A DNA stretch of 64,000 nucleotides from Iphione sp. A-MEVVRFRX5 (GCA_976226885.1 OZ320313.1:1798001-1862000); one strand, 5' to 3'. Shown: positions 13,031 through 25,552, counted from the stretch's first letter. Program-made: numbers and translations. Notes: generated by a model from the sequence alone, not told the origin.

Positions 13031-14509
13031 GCGTGCGTCAGTCCGGCCCATCTGGACCCCTTTAACCCCCCCCCCCCCCACACACACACACACGCACAAC
13101 TACGCATACGTGCACACGCGCACACGTCCACGCACACCGAGAGTCGGTAGCACTGTCTTTTATCCCCTTCGCGCCCACCTCTCGTGAGTGGCGGCGGAGA
13201 ATCAGTCACCGAGCCCTGCCTTACCCCCAGCGTCTCTACATCTGGTCTCCATCAATAGGTTCGCCTGCCAACGAAAACGAGGCTGCTACTGCTCCTGTGG
13301 GGCCTGAGGAGAAGACTGGCTTTTGTGGGGGTTGGGGGGTTGGGGGGTAGGCTTCAGAGTGGTGTCAGGTGCCATCAAGTACTAGAGGCTCCTCCCAAGA
13401 AAGGGAACAGGGCGCTGCAGGAACATGCCCCCCAACCCCACCCTCCCGGTAGATGTCGCTGTCTGCATTAGGCGGTGCGGGGGGGGGGCACCCGGAGAGC
13501 CAGCAGGCGTCCCTCGTTAGCCTGTCAGGTGCCCAGGCCTCAGCGGCTCTCACTGCAAGGCCGGCAACCAGCGGCGGTGTGATGTCTTTGTGGCGGAGAC
13601 ACCAGCTGAGACGCTGGTGGGAGAGGGCGCCCTCTGTCGTCGTGTCGGCGTATCATAAACGCAGCTCTTAGCGTCCAGTGAGGGCGACACGGCACGCAGG
13701 GGGCTAACTCGTCCTCAGATCCACCTCATGCTGACCCAACACCCACNNNNNNNNNNNNNNNNNNNNNNNNNNNNNNNNNNNNNNNNNNNNNNNNNNNNNN
13801 NNNNNNNNNNNNNNNNNNNNNNNNNNNNNNNNNNNNNNNNNNNNNNNNNNNNNNNNNNNNNNNNNNNNNNNNNNNNNNNNNNNNNNNNNNNNNNNNNNNN
13901 NNNNNNNNNNNNNNNNNNNNNNNNNNNNNNNNNNNNNNNNNNNNNNNNNNNNNNNNNNNNNNNNNNNNNNNNNNNNNNNNNNNNNNNNNNNNNNNNNNNN
14001 NNNNNNNNNNNNNNNNNNNNNNNNNNNNNNNNNNNNNNNNNNNNNNNNNNNNNNNNNNNNNNNNNNNNNNNNNNNNNNNNNNNNNNNNNNNNNNNNNNNN
14101 NNNNNNNNNNNNNNNNNNNNNNNNNNNNNNNNNNNNCTCAGAGACAAGCTCCACTACTTCCTAAATTAGCTCAGCATCAAAGCTAGTGCCCTTCTCTCAG
14201 GACTAAAGGACTCGGTGTTTAGGGGGCCGGCCGAACCAGGGAAACCGGCACTTTCTGAAGATAAAAACTAACAGAAAAAAGCAAGCAAATAACATCAATA
14301 GAATATAGATGTCTAAAAGGACCAAACTGAATGGACAGTGATGTGAAATGTATACCCTGCCTTGAGATCTACCTTTCCTCGCCGTGTCCAGTCAGGTGAG
14401 GGCAAGCAGTAGGTCGGGGAAGGATGTGTTCCGTGGGAACATTCAGAGGAGCTGTCTACAGGAGTCTTAGAGCCTGACGAGAACCGTAACACGAGGCTAC
14501 GTAGGCGTG

Positions 14510-14640
14510 ATCTGCGCATGTCCGGAAGCAGGTCAAACTACACACATGCGTCATAAATAAATACTATTTGATTAACCAATCAAGTACATTTAATAAGATA
14601 TAATTGCGTGTGTTCTGCAATTTCAATATGGCGGCTTGTT
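14510..14640. promoter_or_regulatory. Promoter-like island
   Basis: TGCGCATGTCCGGAAGC (NRF1 half plus ETS) and AATATGGCGGC (YY1-like). Confidence 0.35.
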
Positions 14641-15484
14641 TTTCAAACAGCGCTGGGAACGTTTATGCTCTGACATTGTCAGATGAAAGACACCAAACGC
14701 TGCCTATCAATGGTCTGGAAACAATATCACATGACGGGTTCGTTGTCTGATATGTGAACGTGAGACAGGTGAACGTTTGGCCTTGACCTTGGCGTTGGGA
14801 ACTGGGTGTGGACTTAACCTACAAGCCTCGCATCTTAGAACGCCGCTGCTGCCTCAAAACAGAACACAGGACGTAGGCGTCCTACATATATATCATTGTA
14901 GCAATAAAAACACCCACTCCTCTTCCTCTGTATTCTAATCATCAAAGCGCATGCGTGGAGATGTCGACGCTGTGAAATAAAAGACGCCTCAGATGGCGAC
15001 ACGGGTTGGTGATTCGGTTACGGGTGATTACGGATCGATACTGGAACCTTCGGAGGTGCAATTATCTCATTCCTAACCTCTCTTCTTCTATTGATAACGA
15101 CAGCTGTGTGTGTCCATCTTTCATCGTATCTCCGCCCTTTCTGCTATTATTCATATAGCGTATCGGTTCGTTTTCGTGCTCGTTAGCGGGTGGGCGGGTG
15201 GGTGGGTGGGTGGTGGGCGGGGGAGATTAAGAAAGGGTCTCCCTCTCGTTGACGGGTATGACAGCGTTAACCTGTGACATTCATCACATCTCTCTCCACC
15301 TGCTTCCGATGACGTGGGTCGAGACATTAGCAACAATCACATCAATAGCATCAATCACACACGGCAGATCACTGTGACATTTGGTCGATCTGCAATGTCT
15401 TGGCGGTTCTTTGCCTGATCGCGATCACTGGCTTTGTAGGACTCTCATCAAAGGAAGAGGGAGGACGCCTGAAGGACGGCATGC

Positions 15485-16100
15485 TACTAGTAGCCGGCGT
15501 ATAAGGATATCCCTGACAGCTTCACACACACACACATGCAAGCACACACATACACACTTCTAGCGGGCATAAGGATATCCCTGACAGTTTCACACACATA
15601 CACACACACGCACACACATACACACTTCTAGCGGGCATAGAATATCCCTGACAGTTTCACATACATACATGCACACATGCACACACACATACACACTACT
15701 AGCGGACATAAGGATATCCCTGACAGTTTCACACACATACACACATGCACACACATACACACTACTAGCAGGCATATAAGGATATCCCGGACAGTACCAC
15801 ACACGCATGCACACACATACAGCCTACTAGCGGACATAAGGATATCCCTGACAGTTTCACACACATACACACATGCACACACATACACACTACTAGCAGG
15901 CATATAAGGATATCCCGGACAGTACCACACACGCATGCACACACATACAGCCTACTAGCGGACATAAGGATATCCCTGACAGTTTCACACACATGTACAC
16001 ACACGCACACACATGCACACACAAGCACACAAACACACATCGATACTATTGAAGGCATAAGGATATCCCTGACAATTTCACACACACACACACACACACA
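15485..16100. repeat. Composite array: about 30 bp core plus variable CA-type spacer x 9
   Basis: Core TAGCGG(G/A)CATAAGGATATCCCTGACAGTTTC; GATATCCC recurs 9 times. A 128 bp dimer repeats at 15713/15841/15969. Confidence 0.9.
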
Positions 16101-16149
16101 CGGAAACACACAGAGCAAAAAATGATATGTTCTCATACAATGACAGATC

Positions 16150-16560
16150 TATCCGAGTAGAGACGACGGGAGCATTATATTCAGACAACCCGTACGACTC
16201 AAAGGGAACCCTTGACAGCAGCGATACAAAGTTTGAAATGTAGGATTCACAGGCTCACTGAGAGTTTGACACACACACACATACACACACACGCACAAAC
16301 ACATACGCACAAAGGCACACGCCATGCACTGTTCCCGTCCTGTGACGGACAAAAGGGCATCTATCCGACTGGAAAGTACGGAATCGTTATATTCAGATAA
16401 CCCGTACTTCTCAAAGGCGACCATGACAGGGGCGATACAAAAGTAGGACGGTAGGGGGGGGGCGTAAAGAGATCACACACACATTCACACACACACATAC
16501 ACACACAAATGAAATGTATCCCGTAGCCTACATTGATAGGGGACCAAGTTTATCCGAGCG
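16150..16560. repeat. About 212 bp duplication (2 copies plus a partial third)
   Basis: TATCCGA....TTATATTCAGA.AACCCGTAC..CTCAAAGG...GCGATACAAA at about 16150 and 16362. Confidence 0.75.
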
Positions 16561-16589
16561 GAAACTGAGGGGGAAACAAGCACAGACAA

Positions 16590-16900
16590 CCAGTACTACA
16601 CAAGGACATGTTATGTGTACATAGTACTACACAAAGACTGTCTTTACATGTGTACATAGAACCATATGAAGACTGTCTTTATATGTGTACATAGTACTAC
16701 ACAAATGCTGTCCTTACATGTGTGCATTGTACTACACAAAGGCTGTCTTTATATGGGTACATATTACTACACAAAAACTGTCTTTCCTTGTGTTCCTTGT
16801 GTACAAAGCTCTACACAAAGACTGGCTCTCCTTGTGTACATAGTACTACACAAAGATGTCTTTATATATGTACATATTACAACACAAAGAATGTCTTTCC
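16590..16900. repeat. 35 bp minisatellite x about 8
   Basis: ATAGTACTACACAAAGACTGTCTTTACATGTGTAC and variants. Confidence 0.85.
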
Positions 16901-17274
16901 CTGTGAACATAGCTCCACGATGCAGGGACAGGTTTGAAAAAAAAACAGACTGCAGGAACATACAAACTACTGCTTGTATGTCTGGACACAATTCAGACAG
17001 ATGTAAAAGGAGGAGGACAATTGGTTGTGGAGTGGTTCATTTCAACTGTACCTGCACTTCACAGTCTGCATACTAGGAATCATTGTGTCTATTGTAGATA
17101 GCTGTATAATGGTAAGACCCTCATGCATCCTGGTTTCGGAGCATCTGTACCCACGCGATCTCCTGGAAACTCTACAAACACATGCAAAGATGGCGAAAGG
17201 GAAACGAATCAGAGCTTAAATGACATGGTGCTAAGGAGCAACAGGGCTCCAGGGTAGAAAGGGGTAGGGAAGGA

Positions 17275-17510
17275 AACGATAGAAGGTGATCAGAAGATAG
17301 TAAAGGGAAAAAGAGGGCTGCATAGACAAGGATAGAAGGGGATCGGGAGGTAGGAAGGAAAAGAGATGGCTGGACAGACAAGGATAGAAGGTGATCGGGA
17401 GGTAGGGAAGGAAAAGAGATGGCTGGACAGACAAGGATAGAAGGTGATCGGGAGGTAGGGAAGGAAAAGAGAGGGCTGGACAGACAAGGATAGAAGGTGA
17501 TTGGGAGTCA
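17275..17510. repeat. 53 bp purine-rich minisatellite x about 4
   Basis: GATAGAAGGTGATCGGGAGGTAGGGAAGGAAAAGAGATGGCTGGACAGACAAG. Confidence 0.85.
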
Positions 17511-18158
17511 CAGAGGGAGGATGGGCAGGGAAAGAGAGAGGAATTAGAATGAGGTGAGAATTGGGGAAATGAAGGGAAGTGAGAAGAATTCATAGGGTAA
17601 GAAAGGAGGATGAAGGTAAAGAACAAAGGAGCAGTACAAGGTGGCGGGGCGGGGGGTTAGAACAGATTGGATAAACTGTGGAAGGAAAACTGGAGTGAGA
17701 GCGAGAGAGCAAAGCTTCATCATAAAGTGACGGAATTTAGATTAAAACGTTTTGGCATTAAATTTTAAACTCGAAGATTGTTGAAACCAGTTCTCAAATA
17801 ATAATTGCTCGCCAGGTGGCGGTACAGTCACATCTTGACACAGGTAAGGTGGACCTGCTGTACGTGGAAATTAGGGTAGAGGCAGGATTCAGGTGTGTCA
17901 ATCGGGAAAGAACACCTGTTTTCTTATTTCTTTCACCTGTCCACTGCACCACGGTATCGCATTGCCAGGCCACATGAAACAACAGCCCCCCCCCCCCTCC
18001 CGCCATCACATCCCCCACCCGCAACTCCCCCCACTAAAACTTGGTGTTCCTCCGAGACACGACTCACCTTGCAGGCCACACAACACCGACCCTAACACCC
18101 CTCCTCCTCTGCCTCCCCCCTCCCCTCCTCTCTCTAACCTCCTCATCCAACCATGTAC

Positions 18159-18241
18159 CATCCTCGCCATCCTTGGCATCCTTGGCATCCTTGGCATCCT
18201 TGGCATCCTTGGCATCCTTGGCATCCTTGGCATCCTTGGCA
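18159..18241. repeat. (CATCCTTGG)8 plus one degenerate unit
   Basis: Perfect 9-mer copies from 18168 to 18239. Confidence 0.95.
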
Positions 18242-19369
18242 CGGAGACCTCTCTCTCTAACTTCCAAAGTAAAGATGTAATTCTTATGCTGGGGAAATCA
18301 GCCAAGACTGTAGTACATATAGGACTTAAATATGCCGCTTCTAGTACAACACATCTGTAAATTAATATAAATCTTTAAATTCTGGGTGGAACAAACCCTT
18401 TCACACAGAGTGCACTGCCTGCCTGATAGCCCCAGCTCACCTTTATATTAGTTCTCAAAGGGAGGATTTTGTCCTCAGACAACCATTGCTGTAAAGGACT
18501 GGGGAAACATGATAGCTTACACGGACAGAATGGTTTCCTCTTCTCAAACTGAGAATATAAAATTTACTGCTGACGTCTTTTTCATTCGGTTATGACGGGA
18601 TTAAATCTCAGAGTTACGGACTATCCATCGCCCTCTGCAATTCTCACTGTTTCCACAACAGGCGAATCATAGTAGTTTATGTTCCACACGTTCACTCTGG
18701 TAAGTTTATTACTAACACACGCATGTGGGATGCTTTTACACTTGCCCATAAAATGTCAACAGGTGCACCGAGGCATAACCCACCACCTTCCAGGTGTTAA
18801 CCACAGTAACGCCCTTTACGACCTGCGTTTCACTCCAGGAAGTTTATTACTTATGCAGGTAAGTAGGATGATGCCCTTATATTCACTTATGATATATCAA
18901 CAGGTGGACCTACTCATTCTCGCCCACCTGCCAGGTGTGCCCCTAGATGAATAATATCTCGATGACCCTCTCTTTCTCAGGTGAGAGAGCTACCTGATGA
19001 CAACCGGACTCTTCTACTGAATAGTCCACACAAACCTCTCCCGCCTTGACAATCGGCGATAATTGATACACTCTGAGCTCATCCTTCAAGGGCGGCAGAG
19101 GCGACAATGGGCTTTGTCGGTCCGATAATTGACTCGATAAATGGGCGTGAAAACGTCCGTACATATGGAATATATATAACTGACTCCGCCAATAGATGTA
19201 CCAAATGGTATTCTCTTATTTAAGTGAAAATAAGGCTTAAATTTGATGTTTTTAATCTTCTTTGGTATGGCTAGGTCCAGGGGACATCAGGAATCTTTAA
19301 TAATAATTTTAGTGTTTACAGATTACCACTCAATATACTGTAATATTCATATCTCGGAATACTTCATTA

Positions 19370-20460
19370 GCCTATATATATCTGTACAAGCTAGTGAAGT
19401 ATTACGATATACAGAAATTTCAATATATCAAAGGGTTGTGTGTAGAGGCACTTGCATTATTCTAGTATCCCAATATATATTGGTCTTAGAAGTGTTTATC
19501 TGTAAAGGCTAATGAAGTATTCTGAGATACGAATATTACAGTATATTGAGTGGTAATCTGTAAAGGCTGCTAGATTATTCTAGTATCACAATAATCCGTA
19601 GTCTAGTAGAGGCTAGTGAAGTGTTCCAATATGCAAATGTATATATTATATAGAGTAATTATCTGTATAAGAAGGCTATGTTATTCTAACATCCAAAATG
19701 ATTATAGATCTTATATAGAGTGTTCATCTGTAGAGGCTAGTGAGGTATTCTTATGTAGGAATGTATATAGTAAATCAAATGGTTAGGCCTAATGAAAAAT
19801 CATTTTAGTATCACGATAATTATCATTCTAATAAAAAAAACTCTGTTTTTCTGGAACCCCACCCTTCCTACTTTTGTAGGTATTGGAACATTTTTTTATT
19901 ATTGTTTTGTGAATATTTTCAGTACAAACAGTTGAAGCGACATGTACAATTTTTTCTTGCATGATTGGGTTTCATTTGATGTGCATCTCATTAAAATATT
20001 AGCAGTAGAACTCATGTAAACACTTGTTGCTTCGAGTCTTAATTAGCTTTGAAAAAAGGAAAAATAAAGAAAAACCTGCCTACCGACCGACCCTCTATAT
20101 TTTCAGCATGTTACCAGAAGCACAGAATTTTTATAGGCCTTATCTATAGAAGCTGCTAGCTTATTCTAGTATCCGAATAATTATCGGTCATATCGTATAC
20201 GTATCTGTAGAGGCTATAGTAAAATGTTGCAAATATGCAAATGTAAATAGTATATAGACTAGTCATCTGTGTCCGAGACTGCAAGATCATTCTAATATCG
20301 CAATAATAATCAGTATTATATAGAATGTCTATCTGTAGAGGTTAATGGATTATTCCAGTAGGCAAATATATACATCATATCGAGTGGTTATCTAGAGAGG
20401 CTACTAGTTTAGTTTCTCGTCCCAGTAATTATTCATCTCATCTCGAGCGCCCTATCTGTA
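19370..20460. repeat. Old degenerate tandem array (TGTAGAGGCTAGTGAAGTATTC motif) interrupted by a MITE
   Basis: The motif recurs roughly every 60-80 bp on both sides of the 19.83-20.14 kb element. Confidence 0.65.
19830..20139. mobile_element. Non-autonomous DNA transposon (MITE) with GGCC terminus and TWA-type target (Zator/PIF-like)
   Basis: The right end reads CCTACCGACCGACCC...GTTACCAGAAGCACAGAATTTTTATAGGCC|TTA. Its reverse complement AAAAATTCTGTGCTTCTGGTAAC matches the left end AAAAACTCTGTTTTTCTGGAAC (19836-19857). The superfamily assignment is from memory of similar marine-invertebrate elements. Confidence 0.6.
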
Positions 20461-20599
20461 GATGATCTTGTCGATCTTCTCTCGTGTCTATATGTGAAGT
20501 ACGGGAGCAGATGAAGCCTTGCTTCGATTCCAACCTGACCTGCTCTCCCCTCAATCGCTCGGAGCGACTCCTATCGGCCACTGCTCAAACTAACATGCT

Positions 20600-20820
20600 G
20601 ACTAAGGCGCATGCGCGGGCCCGGGCCTCATATCCGCCTCGCAATGGGACGGGCGCGTCCAATTCAGGCCCTTTAGGTCTCACAATACTCTATATAGACT
20701 TGCCTCGGTGAGGAGTTTTTAAACGTGCATTGAGAACTCGTGCTTTCCGACCGGAAATCAAAGGTCACGACCTCTGCTTAGTTGCGTGGTTGACTATCAC
20801 GAAAGGAAATTAGCCAATAA
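20600..20820. promoter_or_regulatory. Promoter-like island
   Basis: GCGCATGCGC (20607-20616), CCGGAAAT, TCAAAGGTCA nuclear-receptor half site and AGCCAAT, with local CpG enrichment. Confidence 0.45.
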
Positions 20821-23800
20821 AAAAAGCCGGCTATAGAAAACTTGGCGTGGGAAGCTCATCACGGGGGAAGGAGGGGGGAGGGGGCTGCGTGGCAGTAATT
20901 CAGGAGGGACCGAAGCAGAACGATGAGGGTTGTGTCAAGTTGACTGCCATTTCATGTGGATTTAACTAAGATGGAGCACACGTACGGGAAATACGGGCGG
21001 TATAAGAGCTGTGTCATATGAACCATATGTAAGCACCTTCTCGCATGTCAAGATGAATACGAACACTGTACATATGTTTGAATTGTAAATACCGAGTCCA
21101 AGTTGTCAAAATGTGAAGAAGAAACGTTTTTCTTGTAAAAAAAGAGAATTGGACAAATAAACATAATAATAAAAATTAGTATTATTGTCATTATTATCTG
21201 TTCCGAATTCTGGGGGATCTCCCTCTGCCAATCTTCCATTGTCCCTGCTTCACACACGCAAATATAAATTGCTTAAGTACAATAATGTTCTAAAGCAACA
21301 GGGACAGTGAACATGAGGTCGTGGGTTCACAGAATGTCTCTCTTATGCCGAGGCTTTTTTGCAGGATACAAGGTAGAGAAAATTGTTAAATACCTCTGCT
21401 TTATTCCAATTTCTTGTCACTTTTAACTACAGATGAGGGCTCAACTGGTCGCAATAGAGAGTGGTCTCATTAGGGAGGTGTATGTGGCTACATTTATGTA
21501 ATTTTGTTTCTTCAAAATGGCCTTATTGGGAGATAATGGGGGGGGGTATAGTTGCAATTCCAGTGGACCCTGTATTTTGGCTTTTACCCTTGTCCTGTAT
21601 ATGATTTTGGTCTGATCCCAAATTCTGATCAGTTACCTCTCCTTCTCCTTTTAGACATTTCTATTGCATTTCTTAATATTCATTTTGCCGTAGCTTCTGT
21701 AGATTTCAGTCTAGTTAAAGTATGTGATTCTTATTTGGAAATGGAGAGTGTTGAATATGAATTGTTTGTATTTCGTGTACTATTAGAACGTTAAAGTCAA
21801 TAATGTTGTCTGAAAGAGAATATTTTCCCGATGGAATAAGCCATCAAGCAGCTTCTCCTTCAGCTTCCGATGCGTATAATCACTTCATGCCATGTATTTT
21901 AAACACCCGTATCTCTACAATAAATCATCACATCTGTATGTTATTCCGTTCTATTTCACATTCATCACTGTCATAATTTATCTATGAGAACAATCCACCT
22001 GACAGACATTCAAGTTGTTAAGCATACAGTGCACCTGTATTCACAGTATTTCTACTTCATAATTCATCTAATTAAACTCCGTCCCGATATCGAATATTAA
22101 TTACTCCTAGTTTTCACCGACAGTGTCGCATATAAACTGATACGTATCAAAAATTAAAAAAAAATAATTTGGACGTAAAGCACTTTGAATGCTTTATTCC
22201 ATAGACCGTTAAGAGATGAGAAGAAGATACCAGATGAAAGGCTTGCGCTGGAGGAGACTTAGAAGTGATTAAATCTGCTTCGTTCTTTTCACTCATATTT
22301 CTTTCTTTGTGTGTGTGTTTTTTTTTCAATACACAGGAGGTATCATACATGCTGTCGATCAAACTACTATCGAGTTCTTTTCTCAGATACCGTGTCATCT
22401 GCGGTTCACTTCAAGGAAATCCTTACAAGAGCCGCCGCCGCCGCCACCACAAGCAGTAGAGCCCGCTTAGCGGGCGGAGACAGACACAGGGATAAAAGAC
22501 ATTCGTCAAAGCAGCCCGCCTCCTCCCTCCCCTTCCCCCCCCCCTTCCTCCTCCTCCTGGGGGGGGGGGGAGGGGAATGCTTCCGTCAATTGTGCTGTAC
22601 TATTGTCTTTCTTCCCGCTCTTCCTCTTCCTCTGACGACGACAGCCACACATCAGTGGTTAGCCTTGGTCACGTGACAGCTCCGTCGGAGCAACTTTTAA
22701 ATTGGTTGATGTGACGGCGGCGGCGGAGGCTGATGTAGCCAGCAGCCATTCCCCGACGACCGCGCGGCAGCGGCGGCGGGGACGCTGGCGGTGAGGGGGT
22801 GAGGAGAGGGGAGGGGGGGCAATGGGATGATGTGCGGTGGGAATGGTAGCAACATCCTCCATCAATGTAGACTTGATGACTTAAAAGCATGAAGCGCCCT
22901 CTGTCAGTGGCCGACTTCAATTTGACGACAATGAGCGAACATCCGGCAGAGACGGCACAGGGGTGGGGGGGGGGGGAGTCGGAGCGGCAGGGCGGTGGGT
23001 GGGGGAATAGGGGGTAAACGTATCCAAGACGACGAGGTTGGCACGAAAGAACAAATGAGATTGTGATGACTCGTATTGTGGGAGCCTATTCTGCCTGTTA
23101 GGGGCCGGTGTGGAGGCTTAAATAGAAGGTAATGCTACTTGCCCGGAGCGGCTTTAGCCTGCAATTAGCAGCACTGCTAAAGGTCAGAGGTAGACAGACA
23201 CCTGCTGGCACAGTGGCGCCACCCCGCGGACATCGTCAGGCCAATTACTGCGGACGGGGGTTATTCACACGAAGGTCCGCTATCTGAGGAGGCCTTAAGA
23301 GCTGCTCAGCGAGCACATGCTGACCTGCTCATCGCCCTGAGAGACCCTCTCAGAGTCAGCTCTGATGCCAGCTTACTCCGGGCCCCTGACCCTCCTGGCA
23401 GGACTATATATATATATATAGGGGTGGTATATATATGTATAATTATATATGCATCTTATATAAATGGTGAGCATTGATGGTTGGTTGATAGAGATGAACA
23501 CTAGCACTACAACCAAGGTTCCCCCTTCAGTTGCATGGGTGATAAAGAAACCTTTACAAATGTAGCAATGTTGGCGGTTTCTTGATGAGTCTTCCATAGG
23601 CGTTCTTATATTTCCTATCTTAGTTCCCATGCAGACGACTGAAACAGTAATAAAATACGTCTGATATTATTTTGGACTATGCTCCATGCATTTGGAATTA
23701 AGCACACGCCCTTGTCAGAGGACGATAATTGAAGAAACCAGCCCCTGGTAGACATTCCCACAAGAAGACTAAACATGGCAACCGGAAGAGGGATTTTTAC

Positions 23801-23886
23801 ATTAGACAATCCAGAGCGGATGACCTTGAGTGACCCGGCAGCCCCCTGCCTGGCGGGCAGCTCCGCCTGGCGGGGCCCGTGCAGGC

Positions 23887-23938
23887 GGCCCCACGTGATG
23901 GCCCCACGTGATGGCCCCACGTGATGGCCCCACGTGAT
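23887..23938. repeat. (GGCCCCACGTGAT)4, an E-box array
   Basis: Four perfect 13-mers, each containing CACGTG. Confidence 0.95.
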
Positions 23939-24047
23939 CGGCCGGGATGCTGCCGCTCGGTATAGGTTAATTAGAGAGTGAGCTGCAGGTCAAGGCCCGA
24001 TTGATCTCAGGATAATATCTTCTCCGCCTCTGCCCGCCTCTACTCCT

Positions 24048-24081
24048 CGACCTTGTGGCGACCTTGTGGCGACCTTGTGGC
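24048..24081. repeat. (CGACCTTGTGG)3
   Basis: Three perfect 11-mers; the reverse strand reads CAAGGTCG. Confidence 0.9.
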
Positions 24082-25059
24082 TCCGCATAGAGCTAGGCCG
24101 TCCTTGGGATCTTAAAGCGACTTCTAGCGGCCCGAACCGTACGATACGCTGTCCCAGTACTCCTACTAGACGGCGGGTCAGTGGTTGCCATGGATATCTG
24201 TAGCTACCTGGACCTCGTTATGAAGAAGCCCAGCCTCTTCTCTTTATAACCGTAATATCTGTCTGTACGTCTGTTTTGATGTTTGTCTGTGTGTGTGTGT
24301 ACGTGCGTGTGCATGTACTTTTCTATCGATATACAATGTATATTATTATGACAGGTTTCGCCCTTGTCTTCCTACAATAGTCGTATCGTCATTCGGCCCT
24401 TCTTCTTTTATGCTGGTATGAGCTCTATGTGTGTGTATTTGTATGTGCACGTGATATTACGATGATTGGACTTCATTTGCTCCAGTATGTCTGTGTGTCT
24501 GTCTGTGTCTGTCTGTGTGTCTGTCTGTGTGTTTGTGCCTGTTTCTAGTTCTTCTGTCCATGCTATCTCTCTTTCTTTCTCAGCCTCTGTAAGTGAGTGA
24601 TACACACATATAAAACACAACGAACAACATTTCTACTCTACCCACCCTAGTGAACGTCGATGCCGTCTGTCTCTCCCTATCTCCCATCCCCCCCCGTCCT
24701 TCCCCCCTCCCCAGTCCTCTCTCTCTTTTTCTCTCAGCCTGTTGGAGATATATACACATAAACCATCGCTAACGACCCTTTTACCCCAACCTTCCCTATT
24801 TACGTTCGATGCCATCTATGCCTCTGTCTGGCCACCCCCCCCCTCCTCACTCCCCCCCCTCCTTGTATGCTAACGTCTGCTCTATACCTCATCTTTGGCC
24901 CCCGGTGGGACCCCCCCCCTCCCCGCACGGTCATATCGATACAGACTTTGACATACGATTGTTCCATGCGGTGTGGGCAGCAGTTCTGATCCCCATAGTC
25001 CTCCAACCACTCACCGTCCAGCGGTGGGGTCCCAGACACGACGTTTGAATATCCATAAC

Positions 25060-25552
25060 GTAGCCATGCCTGTCTGTGTGCGCGTGTGTGTATGTGTGTG
25101 AGAGAGTGTGTGTGCTTGTGATAGTGTGTGTGTGTGATGTGGTGGAATAAGTTTTTCGATGGATATAGCCATAGCTGTCTGTGTGCTTGTGTGTGCATGT
25201 GTGTGTGCTTGTATTTGTGCGTGTGTTGGGGTGAAGTCGTTTGTGATGGATGTAGCCATAGCTGTCTGTGTGCTTGTGTATATGTGTATTTGTGTGTGTA
25301 TGTGTGTGCTTGTGCATGTATGTATGTGCCTGTGTGTGTTTGTGTGCACGCTTGTATGTGTGTATGTGTTTGCTTGTGTGTGATTGTGTGTATGATGGGG
25401 TGAAATAATTTGCATGGGTGTAGCCATACCTGTCTGTGTACTTGTGTGTGTATGTGTGTGCTTGTGTGTGTATGTGTGTGCTTGTGTGTGTACATGTGTG
25501 TATGTTTGTCTGTGAGTGTGTGTATGATGGGGTGAAATAGTGTGCATGGTTG
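25060..25552. repeat. Composite array: TAGCCAT..CTGTCTGTG core plus TG spacers
   Basis: Core at about 25060, 25165, 25252 and 25419; the array ends at a gap. Confidence 0.8.

Noticed and set aside
15485-16100. CRISPR-like pattern of constant repeats with variable spacers (also 25060-25552 and 49913-50260)
   Set aside because: The spacers are CA/TG microsatellite variants of each other rather than unique sequences. There are no cas genes, and the context is eukaryotic.
21040-21110. ShK-like CQDEYEHC peptide
   Set aside because: An in-frame stop follows four codons later, and the remaining cysteine pattern and splice sites are missing.
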